DNA of 63,999 bases, filler included, from Circinaria calcarea (lineage: Eukaryota): NCBI GenBank assembly GCA_051942165.1. It is 6 parts of 6 records of this genome, joined end to end, with 100 filler letters (N's around TTAATTAATTAA, not from the genome) between each part and the next. Parts side by side here need not be neighbours in the genome. Positions count along the whole stretch, not along the records: positions 21,888 to 32,725 come from JAVECS010000756.1; positions 32,826 to 43,659 come from JAVECS010000757.1; 4 more parts are not named here. One strand, given 5' to 3'. Within the stretch, counting starts at the first letter, position 1. Each line of letters begins with the position of its first letter. Of this stretch, positions 24,901 to 36,714 are shown piece by piece. The notes under the pieces were generated by a model. That model was not told the DNA's origin. It did no database searches and saw nothing but the letters and a program-made list of their open reading frames with translations. The position numbers were made by a program, and so were the translations under genes.

Positions 24901-27900
24901 ACCTTTTGAACTTAAGCTTCCAGTGGGGTGGCAAACCAATAATACTTCATCTTCAGCATCGAAGCGAAATCAGAATTCCCTTGAAGCTATTTACAATAAT
25001 CATCACTGTTTCAAGGAATATGAACACATCCATCGGCACGTTGACATACGTTATCAACCATTCATTACCAGAACCCTACCAAATCCCCACTTCCCATCTC
25101 ACACTACCCAATTCTCCACCTCCACCTGTTCCCTTCCGTCTTCTTCATCTCCCGATGCCTGGGGAAAATCATTGGTCGAGAACCCGTAGCTGGTCGTGGG
25201 GGCGGATACGCTAAGTTTTCCTCAGCTTTGCGCGCACAGAAATTCCGTCCTGAGCGCACCAAAGGTGGCCGCAGTTATATTAAGCCTTGGTGGTGTGGGC
25301 ACATGGTGAGTGGCAATGTCTTGATCGGTTGGGGTTTTGTTGGGGGCTGATGAGAATGTGGGTGGTTTTTTTCTGTGAATGGTCTATTTGATGGGTTTGA
25401 TGCGGGGAAGGATTTGGGGCCTGGGAAGGGAAAGATAGATAAATAGGAGTCGCGAGGACAAATTTATAGGAGGAAGGAAGGGGGTCGATGTCTTTTGGTC
25501 AAAATGGATTGTCCGTGGCAATAGCTTTTTTCTCTCTTATTTTTTTTTTGGATAGCAGGATCTGCTCTTCGAAACTCAGCCTCGACAATGACATTTTCCC
25601 CGTGCTCATTGTTTGTTTGATGACAACTGGCATTCTCCACCCCCTCGATTCCTTTCACCTGGATTCTACATCCCCTCAAATCGATTCCCCTCATCGCATC
25701 CTTTTCTGATATTCCTAACCCTATCCCGAGACAATATCCACAGAATGCAAGCCCCAATCACCTCCAAGCTCCCAACCAGGCACCCCACGACCTCACCAGC
25801 ACCCCGGCCGAGCCAACTATTTGAACGCCCTTGTCTTTCTGATATCTTCTCCTCCTCGACGTCCTCGGGGCGTGGTTTCTCTTCCCTGTAATGACTTCGA
25901 AATCTTCGTAGAGCGCCGCAGGAGGTAGAGTTCCTCGGAGTTGGGTGAGGATGATGCGGGTAGAATGGAGATAGAATGGAGGTAGTCGCGGTGGAGAGGA
26001 AGGAGGGGATAAATGATGCTGAGGGGAAATGTGGTAAAGGGTGGTCGGAGATTGAAGGCACGGAGGAAGAAAGAAGCTAAAGGGGAAAGAGGGGGATTTA
26101 TAGATTGAGGGATTTTAGTCAGAGATAACATATTCCGGGAATGGTATAGACCGAGAGATAAATGATGATAGGTAGATCATCTAATAGCTTGTGAGAACTG
26201 AGATCAGGTTTCTTATACAAATTAATAGAGTGAATTTTGATGTTGAAAGGAAAGAAGCGAAACATTCTTCGTTGATTGTCTATTGAAGTGAAGAGGTCCA
26301 AGGGACCTAGGATCCGTTCCGATACCTTCTGATAACGGCCTGGTCTCGTTCGAAGGTGGGATCGTTGAAAATAAGCTATAGACCTTAGAACCGGCAGCTC
26401 ATGTGGCAGCAATAGCGAGCTTCTTCGAAATATGCTAGTGGACATGTTGGATGTTGTCTCTCCGATATGGCTCTGACAGATAATCGCAATAGGTGAGACT
26501 GGTTGATAGATGAGAAGCCAGCGAAAGCAAGCTCGACGGCGCTCGTTTTAATAAGAGCGAGCATCGTGCAACGTGTGCGACCTCGCACGTTGAATGATAA
26601 GACTTGAGATTCGAGTAACACAAGGGGACCAGATATTGTGGGGCTTGGCGGAAGTGTTCTATATATCAAGGATGGCGATGGTCATTTTGTGCAACTTGTT
26701 GGCATCGGTATCCGGCAAATTGAGGCTGCTCATGGACGAAACTACAACCAAGGAAGGTAATTGGGTAAACCGCGGCGAGTGCGACAGTGGGGATGGCAGG
26801 CAGGACCTCCCTCTGTTCTACTTGAGTTGCTCGTTTTGCTGGAATGGTCGGGAGGGTCCATTTTCTGGCATTAATTGTAACCTTCACACTCATTGTGTTA
26901 CTTTCTCTCACGATAGCCTGGGGATCAAGTCCTGTTGGACGAAGACTGTTTTCAAGGTTTTAGGCTTGATCGCAGGGGTTCTCCATTCTCGTCGCAGACC
27001 TTTCGTACCGTAATAATCTGCAAACCATTCTCAACATTCTGTTCTCTTCCTAGAATCCGTATTGGCGAGGACTGCTTGCATCGGTTCATCGAGTCCAACC
27101 CCGTAATCTAGGATTGCTGGGAGTAAGCCCTGCCTGGTAAGGTTGACCACTGCAATATGTAGTAGCTTCTTCTTCCATGCAGTTTCTGTCTCCTACGTTA
27201 GAACAGAATGATCCACACGCCTACATAACGATAGTATCTTCGAATCCATTGAGGACCACGGTCTACTCAGCTAGAGATCTTTAAGTACCTACGTAAAACT
27301 CTTGTCACCGTCTATCTCTGCTCCTATACCATTATGCTGCTTATCTGCGCAATTTTTGACTGCTTCTATCCATGTTGGACCTGTGAGCAGGTCATCCTGA
27401 TGCCGCGCGTAGCACTGGTACCAGGCTCGAGGAAATTTGGACAGGACAGCCCCTCCTTGCCTAAACCAACGCCATTGTCGTATTGCCGTGGCAATAATTT
27501 GGTGGCCATATTGTTACGGGAGGAGCCAAACTTGGGTTCTCATTATAAGGAGAGAAGCTGAACAGTTCGGGAAAGATTGCATATATATAGCTATCGGAGA
27601 TGGAGCCTAGGTAGGATGGAATAAAATACTGCTCAAGGAGCAGCAAATATATAAGAACAACAGATTGGTAAAGCAGCACTTATGGGAGACGCAGCACCTA
27701 CCATGGTCATATATAAGCTGCGCAGAACAGTCTCCGCTAATATGTCTTGAAAGAGACTTTATTAACGAACACCCACAGACCGGAGGCAAGCATGACTGAA
27801 AGATAGTACCACGTTCTTACCGCGGATACTTTCCTCCCTATAAGAAAGGTAGAATTGCTTAGAGCAGCAAGGCAAGGATCAAATCAAACGAGGTAAGATC

Positions 27901-28806
27901 TGCGGAATATCTTTGCTCTTAGAAAGAGTCTACACCTACGAACGCACATAGAAAGGAAAGCATCAAACGCAGAAGTCCATCTCTTACAAGGCCGGATGTG
28001 CAAGAGTCGTTGCCCGGTGATAGACAATAAGTGTATTACGGTGCTCCGTCTTCTTTACCTATACATTAGAATTTTAGCGATCGGACTTCTGTACGTTCAA
28101 GGTCTTGTTTCCTTCGACGAGCTATGATTCCTGTGTGAGGGATCCACCCAGTACTATGTTGTTACTTCCGGCAATGACTTTTGCTTTACCCGCATCGGTG
28201 AACGGTACGGCGCAGAGTAATCCCCAATCAAACAAGAGCAAGGAGGCAGCTCCGTACGATCTCACTCCCTCGGTCATCAACAAAATAACCTTAGTTGCAC
28301 ACACTGCTTTCCTTGCATTTCCCCCCTTTCTCAATGCTGCCCTGTGCTACTCCGCATCAAACCCTTACCTCCCCAACCTTTTTTTCTTTTTCTTTCTGCT
28401 TCGGCTGTACCTCGTTCTACAAAACGCATCAGTACCTTAGTTCCTGCCACTTCCCACCAATCAAACCATCCCCGAAGCTGCTACCCGTCCGAATCAGATA
28501 TCTCCCCCAACAGAAACAGATCAGAGCGCTCTGTGCTATGCTGTTGTACAGATGACGAAGTGGCCTGCGCGGTCTTTGCATTGCAATTCTGGGAACATGG
28601 GACCAGGAGTTCTGCTGATAGTCCTTTAAGTTGTCCCCGTTCGCCCTTCTCGGGGCCCGCGTTTGTATTTTCTTCATCCTCCGTTGTACACTCGCTTCAG
28701 AACTCTGTTTTACCCGTTTTCAAAATTACCATAGTGTCTTCGATCTGACTTGATTCTAAAACTGTCTCTACTCTCCAAATTTACAACATATATAGCTATG
28801 TCAACC

Positions 28807-29579
28807 ATGAAGACCTTCACTGCCACCGCCCTCACCGCCGCGTTCTTCTCACTCGCATCTGCTCAAGTGGAATAGTAAGCTCTATACCGCCTCACATCCC
28901 GAAATCCACAATCCACTGATGCACTCCCCTCTTCCTGAATTACAGCCAAAACGGCACCTTTGTCTGCACTCCCGCCAACGCAAACGTGAATTTCTGCGCC
29001 GGCAACTCCCTCACCACAAACATCATCATCCGCTGCACCAATGGCAGAGGCCAGCCCGGCAACTGTAATGACAAGTCCGTCCCCACGACTCCCCCGCCTC
29101 CCACATATCATGACTCTTCACTAACCCAGCCAACCATGACAGTCTCGCTGGCATCCCCCCCGTCGGAGTAAAATCCTCCGCCCTATGTACGCTGTTCCCC
29201 CTTATCTTCCCCCTCTTTCATTCCCCTCTTACAACGCCCAACACCTCACTGAACCAATATTTCTCCCGCCACAGGCTACCAATCCACCCCCACAGCCGGC
29301 GACGCCGCCTGCTCCTTCAACGGAATCGCCTACCCAGACACGGGCTCCCCCTTCCCGATCCCTGGCACTACTCCTAGCGTCAGCGCCACATCCGTAGGAC
29401 CACCGGGTGAAACCGCAAGCGGAACGCCTCCGGTTACTTCAAGTAACGGAACCGGTGTTGCGCCGACGACGGCCTCGCCGCCGGTGCCGACGTATACGGG
29501 TGCTGCTGGTACTGGGAAGGGAGCGGTGGGGTGGGTTGGGGTGGTGGTAGGGATGGTGGGATGGGTCGGTGTGCTGTAG
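28807..29579 (+). CDS. Small secreted 6-Cys, Ser/Thr/Pro-rich, probably GPI-anchored cell-surface protein (4 exons)
   Basis: Signal peptide MKTFTATALTAAFFSLASA. Spliced Cys domain NGTFVC...NFCAGNSLTTNIIIRC..G.GQPGNCNDNLAGIPPVGVKSSALCYQSTPTAGDAACSFNG, a T/S/P stalk, then TYTGAAG and the hydrophobic tail AVGWVGVVVGMVGWVGVL*. Donors at 28875, 29075 and ~29187. The exon1/2 junction is one base out of phase. Confidence 0.8.
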
Positions 29580-30220
29580 GTTATTTCTGTAAAGAAGGAT
29601 GGTTGGTGTTTGGGATGGTGGAGATATCTGATCTTTTTCTTCTGATAATGGTAATGGTAAGGAACTGGAAATTCGGTCGAAAGGGCTTTAAAATGGTTTG
29701 GCTAGGGATGTGGTAGGCAATCGATGCCCAAAAAAGCTTGGGCTAGGGAAGTAAGGGGCGTTGTATGAGGAGAGACGCGATAGATGAGATGATCACCTTG
29801 AATTGCTTGGAGAGGCAAAGTTTGAAAACGTGCTTGTGAGAGTATTGTGTGGTACTAGAATTGCAAGTTTTGGGTAGGCTTTTCACAGCAGGGGAGATTC
29901 AGCCACCTTGCTGCTAGTTTAAAAACAGAAACAAAGCAACCGTCAGTCTGGTAGGACTACAAAACATGCGAGAATCTAGAGCCCGCAATCATGGAACGAG
30001 ATAGCTTCGCATATACCCACACAGTCGTCCCCTAGCTGTTCGTCTTTTCCGGCCGGCAGAGAAATCCAACATCGAAGCCTTGAACTCTTCCGACTTCTAT
30101 ATATGCGGGCTCCATCCGCAAAAGTCGTCTCCGTAATACCGGCAGATCGAAAACCCCCAAAACCACTCTCTAACTTCTTTCTCCAAGTGCTCATCTGTAC
30201 TGCCCCTTGTTTCCTGTCCA

Positions 30221-30523
30221 TCAAGATATCACGCAACAGAAAATCTCTACTCCCCTTCTCTCTCTCGACACCCCTCTCCCAACTTTAAGCCCCTGATTAA
30301 TTCTGCTAACAATCCGAATCTTATCCCCGTCGTACTCGTCCTTGTTTGCACATCTTGGGCAAAGTTCTTTCGTGGCTGGACCTCTATATGGAGGGTGGTA
30401 CGAGACACGATTGCTGTTGACAAAGGGGCAGGTGGAGAAGTTGACATCTTTTCCGCAGGGTTCGGAGATGGTGAGCCATTGGTGATGGCAGACGTGAGAG
30501 GTGTGGAGGACTGTTCGACACAT
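30221..30523 (-). CDS. 100-aa Cys/His-rich protein with a C-terminal CaaX box (CCVIS)
   Basis: Single clean ATG-to-stop ORF: MC..x8..C-H-H-QW...C...C...CPRC...YD...RI, then a basic Gly-rich stretch and CCVIS*. Confidence 0.7.
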   Translation of the reverse strand: MCRTVLHTSHVCHHQWLTISEPCGKDVNFSTCPFVNSNRVSYHPPYRGPATKELCPRCANKDEYDGDKIRIVSRINQGLKVGRGVSRERRGVEIFCCVIS

Positions 30524-30885
30524 TTGGGTAATAGGTTTATGGGGACAGTGGCAATGGTCGCTTTTCGGCGGCTGACTTGCGTCAGGTTAAGTGGACTATG
30601 GTGTGTCGTTGGGGTTGTTTCGGTGGTATGTTGAGAGAGTAGTCTCGTTGAATCGATTGACGGTTCCGTTAAGGAGTTGGTATGAAGAGTGGGTGGTTGG
30701 GGGTAGAAGAGGAGCTCTGGCTGAAAGAATTATCTTCATTTTTGAGGGTAGAGAATCAATGCAAACAGCTCTTCGACTCATCTTGTTTAGTGACTTGTCG
30801 GCGACCTTTGAGGTTCCAGTCATCGGAGTCCATTCACTGTGGAGGGCAGTAGCCATCCCACATAAAGTACATTCATTTACACGCT

Positions 30886-31395
30886 TCAACTATCTTCACT
30901 GCTTTCACGCTCTCTTTTCTGGATAGCTTGCATGAGCTCGTAAAGCTGCCCAAGCTGTTGGTCTAGGAAAAGTTGTTAGAGTGCTGTTCACTCCGGAGCC
31001 AACAAGATCCTAGGTTCATACCACTCATCTTATCAATCTTTGCCCCATCGAGCTTTTCTCCCAACCATGAATCACCCTCAATCTTTTGAGCGTACATCTG
31101 CCATTCCGTCAAGAACCCAATCTGTAAGGGCTCGAGTGTTAGCGACTTAGCATGGAAGAGAATCAGAGCAACTCACGATATGTACAGGATTATCAACATT
31201 TCGATGAGATTTAAACTCGCTCTTGATATATTCGTCACCCAGTAATCGCATTTCTTTTGGTAGGAATTTTCGGTGCGTCCGGAGTAGTCGCCTATAGAGT
31301 GGAATCGGAGGCAGAAGAGCCATCGGTGCTGGCTTGAGACCAGCAGTAGAGCCTGCGGCTGTTGGCGTGGCTAACAGTCTAGGTGATAGTTTCAT
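30886..31395 (-). CDS. SDH7: Succinate dehydrogenase assembly factor 3 (Acn9/Sdh7, LYR family), 3 exons
   Basis: [58 protein letters not shown]...[17 protein letters not shown]. Stop at 30886-30888. Confidence 0.95.
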
Positions 31396-31587
31396 GTTGA
31401 CTGGTAAGAAACCATGAGCGAGTTAGAGTTATAAGATAAATATTATGTTCTCATCTGCAGCATCAAAATATTGGGAATAAATGGACCGAGGAGACGATGA
31501 CCTCATACGCGCGGAAACCTCCCGCTGATATAAACTTCATAGCCCCATTCGTTCTTCTATTCCTCCTTACAAGAGGTAGTCTAAGGT
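31396..31587. promoter_or_regulatory. Compact bidirectional promoter between SDH7 and MTQ2
   Basis: The divergent start codons are only 192 bp apart. Confidence 0.55.
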
Positions 31588-32388
31588 ATGCTACCAACTC
31601 CGTCCACTACGCACGTAGACACAAACTGTATCTATGAGCCTGCGGAAGACTCTTTCCTCCTCTTGGACACGCTCTCTTCTACATCCGAGACTCAATTCCT
31701 AAAGCAGCGCTTTAATTCGAATAGAAGCATCGACACGGACGATAGATTGAACTCACCATCACCGCTGATTCTTGAAGTAGGCACTGGCTCAGGGGTGGTC
31801 CTGGCATTCATTACAGCACATGCAGAGACTCTGTTCGGTCGGCCAGATGTACTGACTTTGGGTGCTGATATCAACCCGTTTGCCTGTCAAGCAACGGAAG
31901 AAACAATCAGGCGGGCTTGTAAGGAAAGAGCTGGAGTGGGGAAAGAATACGGAGCATGCTTAGGGGTTATGAATTCGGACTTGGCTACAGCAGTTCGGCC
32001 TGGAATGGTCGATATGCTTGTGTTCAACCCGCCATATGTGCCAACATCTCCATTAACTTGGGATTACGAGTCTGACCTCGACCGGACATCACTGAATTTA
32101 GATTCTTCGAACCAAAAAAATTTAGAAGACTCTCGCCTGTTGTCACTTTCTTATGCTGGTGGTATAGATGGCATGGAGGTTGCAGATAGACTTTTGGAGC
32201 AAATCCCCAGCTTACTTACGAAAGACAGAGGAGTAGCATATATCTTACTTTGCAGACAGAACAAGCCTGATGATGTTATGAGGCGGGTCCGAACTTGGGG
32301 TTTGAACATGTCAGCCGAGACTGTTAAACAGTCTGGCAAGACAAGCGGATGGGAGAAGTTGCAGGTCATTAGGATTTGGTGTACATAG
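31588..32388 (+). CDS. MTQ2: eRF1 glutamine N5-methyltransferase catalytic subunit (HemK2/N6AMT1)
   Basis: MLPTPST.H.....YEPAEDSFLLLD, LEVGTGSG, DINPFAC, LVFNPPYVPT, SYAGG.DGMEV, GWEKLQVIRI. Confidence 0.95.
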   Translation: MLPTPSTTHVDTNCIYEPAEDSFLLLDTLSSTSETQFLKQRFNSNRSIDTDDRLNSPSPLILEVGTGSGVVLAFITAHAETLFGRPDVLTLGADINPFACQATEETIRRACKERAGVGKEYGACLGVMNSDLATAVRPGMVDMLVFNPPYVPTSPLTWDYESDLDRTSLNLDSSNQKNLEDSRLLSLSYAGGIDGMEVADRLLEQIPSLLTKDRGVAYILLCRQNKPDDVMRRVRTWGLNMSAETVKQSGKTSGWEKLQVIRIWCT

Positions 32389-32725
32389 ATTCTCCAAAGT
32401 TGTGAAGCCCATACCGGTTCACGATACAGTCTCTGCGAGTCCAAATTAAAATACCCACATTCTCCCGTTCATCCTGAACTTCCAGATCTAGAGACATTGA
32501 CTCTTGTAACATGACATATATTAGCCTTTGACGTGTCCGGATACCCGAGAAGGAAGTGCATGTCCGACGGTTCCTTTTAACTTCATCATACTGTATGACA
32601 TTCCTGGTCTTGATCCCTCGACCCAACGCCGTCCCTAGATTGTAGTCTCCTACTAAACTTTGTGGACTGTTCGATCTCCACTAGCCTATCGACAGTGACT
32701 GTCGGTCACTTAGAACCCTCTCCCC

Positions 32726-32825
32726 NNNNNNNNNNNNNNNNNNNNNNNNNNNNNNNNNNNNNNNNNNNNTTAATTAATTAANNNNNNNNNNNNNNNNNNN
32801 NNNNNNNNNNNNNNNNNNNNNNNNN
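32726..32825. other. Artificial contig linker
   Basis: 44 N + TTAATTAATTAA + 44 N. Confidence 0.99.
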
Positions 32826-34100
32826 ACTTCAAATTGATGAACCCAAATCCCACCCTCTGCCCATCCCCGTTCGGCCCCGGTCCCGCAAAATAGATGCCAA
32901 AATGGCACGTCCCCCACCTCGTCTCGGCCATGTAGTCATCCACCGCCGTCAGCGCCGAATTCAACATCCCCCACGTGATCGCGCGGTGGGAACTGATGGC
33001 CGGCAGCAGCTGCATGGTGAAGCGACCCACGGGGAAGTGGAACCAGTCGCCGCCCGGGATAGGCACGTCGCCGGATTTCTGGATCTGGTCGAGGATGAAG
33101 GCGTTAGCTTCGCTAAAGAGACGTGCGATAGGGCTGCTTTGGGTGGCCGAGCCGTAGCGGTTTTTCATCGTGATAGCGACGGTGACGTGATCAACTGTGC
33201 GCCAGACGTGGGGATCCTCGCGAAGAGATAAGTGGGTGGAGGGATGGTGGTTGCTGGAAGATCGCTTGTGTTCTTCGGGGTTGTGGGGCAGGGGACTGAG
33301 GTTTCGGCGGTGGGAACGGCTGTGCACAGAAAGTCAGCTGGGGATTCAAAATCAATTCAGATTTGTAGAGAGGTCTTTACTTTTCCATCAAATATATTTC
33401 TCCCTCTCCAACTTTGGCGCTCCCGTCCCAAACCCAAAATGTACAAGTCCCCCACCGGTGCTGACTCATGTGCTCGAAGAGCAGCTCGAGAGCCGTCTTC
33501 ACGATAACGTACTTCACCTGACGGTTTCTGAAAGCATTAACCGCCAGCCTCCACGGACCAGTTTGCCAAGCGAAATGGCCATTTTCAATTGCGGTATCGC
33601 CCAGCTGTCGGATGTTTTCTGATATGATACCCCACGCATCCTCTACTAAGGTAGCAACAGAGGGGACGGCGGCTACGGCGGTAGGCGAGATAAGTCGAGT
33701 CACCCTGATTGTGATACTTATTTGATGCCGTCTGCACTCGATCATTGTGCCGGCACGGGGTAAAAGATGTCTGGGTTCGAAATGATCGTCCGGAAGGGCA
33801 TCGGGTGCGTGACTACTAGATGTTGACTTGCCGTCGCTTGAGTCCTGCAAATGTGCTCTTGTCTCATATTCATAGTGCAGGATCCTGAAAACATGTCAAC
33901 TTTCTGTTCTTACTAGTGTAAGATGCTCGCCGAGAAGAAGCATACTAGGATTGTTCAACTTACGCTCTGGCTCCGTGGCTCGAAATATCAGTACATTGCC
34001 CACCTGCGGAGACCTTTGACAATCGAAGGACCGGGTTTGACCAGGCCAAGAGAGCTATTTGAGTCAGCACTGTCAATCGTAGGATACCGGAGATTTGCAT
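32826..34100 (-). CDS. Secreted protein with at least two tandem homologous ~120-aa domains, runs into the gap
   Basis: Exon1 34100-33964 encodes signal peptide MQISGILRLTVLTQIALLAWS|NP. Intron 33963-33885 (GTAAGT...TTGAC...CAG), exon2 33884-33381, intron 33380-33320 (GTAAAG...CTGAC...CAG), exon3 33319-32828. All joins are in frame. The domains end HMSQHRWGTCTFWVWDGSAKVGEGEI and YMAETRWGTCHFGIY...QRVGFGFI. Confidence 0.8.
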
Positions 34101-34469
34101 GACGTTTTTGAAGGAGGTTATCAGGGATATGAGATATTATTATCAGATTTCTCGAACGATATAGTTACGCTAGGGAGTGGTGTTCTTTCTATACATCAAG
34201 GTAACGCAGACATGTGAAACCTGAAATGCTAAGCCATATGCGAAGCGATAGAAATTAAACCTTGCCATACAGCTCAGATGAGTAACTGGTAGCGTACAAA
34301 CGTTTCAGGCGTTTATGCGCCAAGCGAAGAAAATCGGGCTTTGGACTTGTTCCATAGCTTCACCGTGAACTGATCCGATCAGGGATTTTGACACTTGGCA
34401 CTGGGTTTCAATATGCGACTAAGTCAGTCTTATCCCTATGGCAGATCCAACCCGCGCGCTCAAGTCCCT

Positions 34470-35630
34470 TCAAAAGATAGCCACTGCGTTAGGTAGGCTG
34501 GCAACACCTCCTGGTACCTATAAATTGTATGAACAATATGTTAAAGCTATCTGGTCCACCGTGCACTAAGAGACCTCACCTCTAGAGGAACGCTAGTGAA
34601 AAAGAAGCTTCATCGGCCTAACTTCTCACAGTGCTGAGCAAGCCGCCCTGAATTGAATCAATCCCAATTGGCTTTCCAAGCCAGCCAAGAGCCACCGGTG
34701 AAGCATACCGTCCATTGGGGAATGTGGTCCGTCAATTGGGGTCATCTCGAAAGCCACCGTATCACCTGCCACAGCTGCAAAGCGACTCTCCTAGATCCAC
34801 TGGAGTGTCTCTTTCCTAGACCCGACGCCTATAAAAGTCTGTGGAGGGGCGCCGTGGAATGGCGGCTTGTTCGTTAGTAGAGAGGCTTTCGTACGTTGCT
34901 GTATAGCCACTTCTAATGAGCAAGACATCACCAACTCGGAATTGAATGCCTTTCTCTTCCACTATCCGCTGTAGATGATCAAGGGGGGATATCGGTCGAT
35001 TCAAAGTGCTGGATAGCAATCGACTTTTTGGCTGTCCATCTAGCGTAATCAAGTAACACCCCACGCCCGATGATTCCACCACTCTAGACCCAAGCTAGGA
35101 GCAGTCAACCGGTATTCCGCTAGTAATAAGGAATCGAAGAAATGATCATCAATCCCAGTTACCGAAGAATTCTCGATATCCTGCTGTGTCCAGCCATTGA
35201 ATAATCGCCCTGGATCTTGGTAGCCTATGTGAGACTCTTCAGCTTTGCCGAGAGTCCATCATTCTTCGCACAGAAATGGTAATTGGCAACCGGACATAAT
35301 GCCTGAATCCATCCCATTGAGAACTACCCTTGGGTATTAAACGTCAGAGAATCGTTCATTTATACAACCCGGCGCTTTATTCTGAATAGTTTGCTGAAAA
35401 GGAACCCTATTGGAGCTGGGATGAGATGGTGTGTCCAGAGTCCAATCCAATGATATGCGCACTCCGGTCCGGATCTCCTGCGCAGCTGCTGCGACGGTCC
35501 TAGAAGTGAGAAGATTGAGCATCCCGAGCTGGTCGTCGGGGTCGAAAGGCCCCAAGCATTACCTGTTGGCCCATTTGGGTCCAAAAGGGAAAGAATCGAA
35601 AGCCGGTAGCTGCTGATGGCTTGTCATCAT
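34470..35630 (-). pseudogene. Cyclase-family (kynurenine formamidase-like) metal-dependent hydrolase, disrupted
   Basis: DPNGPTGNAWGL / DDQLGMLNLLT...AAQEIRTGVRISLDW / NTQGSSQWDGFRHY / FRVGDVLLIRSGY / VPGGVASLPNAVAIF*. The motifs sit in different frames, with several frameshifts. Confidence 0.85.
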
Positions 35631-36714
35631 AATCAAGGCAGCAACAAAATGGCTGGGAACTGTAGGTAGTAGTATTGCTTATGTACGTAAAATAATAGTC
35701 GTTTCCATTTGAGGGGAAAAGCCCGAATGATATCGGCCCCGGCTTACAAAAAGAATCAGATAGAATAAACTACGAAGATGAAATCGCGCTCACCGTGAAA
35801 CCCTCTGACATGTTGGACTTCTCTAGGACTCCATTGGTATCCTAGCGATGAACGCTGTTATCTTTGCGCAACACCAGTAATCAAAACCGATCTTACAACA
35901 TCCATACAACACAGTAACATTTATACGTCATACCAGCGAAAAGTCCGACGTAATGCACTCCCCTCATACGGTCGTATTAGACGACAGGACAGTGGCACTC
36001 GACATTCGAGGCTTCTGGGGAAATGTCTGCGAATCAGGCATTCTCTTCTCTTATGCAACGGTCCATCAAATAGCTGTATAGTCACAGTAGCTTCAAGAAA
36101 AGGGAGCGGTTCAGTTCCCCTCACACGATCATGAATGTGTCGGGGTAGAGTTGAGTTGGTGAGATGGAAAGATGGACACGATGGGCGCAAGAGAGCAGAC
36201 CCGCTATTACTAGCCGAAAAGGGAAAGGTGAGATGTGAAGAAAACAGATCGAGGACGGCATAGATGTCAACAATGGCAATTCTACAATTATATACCCGGA
36301 AAGCAGAGCCATCCCAACAGATTAGAAGTATGATGTCGGAGCTCATCGATTGCACTGTTGGGATCTGTGACTGGCTCGACTGGGTCACCAAAATACCTTT
36401 CACGGTCTTTTGACCATACTCCTCGTCTGTGCTCTGTCCCTTGTGCTTGTAGCCTGTACTGGTAGCCAAAAAAACACTTCGAACTACCAATTGGCTCCAA
36501 AGTTATCTTGTTCGTTCTTTTCTACAATAGGTCCGAGACCACCCTGAAATCACCCTGAAACATGTATGAACTGTGAGACAACCAAAAATCTCTAGAAAGA
36601 GGCAGTGACTGTAAGCGACTCTCCATACGCTCCAGTGCTATCAAACCCCCCTCTTTGTGAGAATCTCATCATGCACTACCTTTATACACGAGATCGTACC
36701 CTGGCAGTTCCCAG

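Noticed and set aside
35921..36490. 189-aa minus-strand ORF as a gene
   Set aside because: Non-ATG start, no recognisable motif, and it lies between pseudogenes. It cannot be supported without a search.
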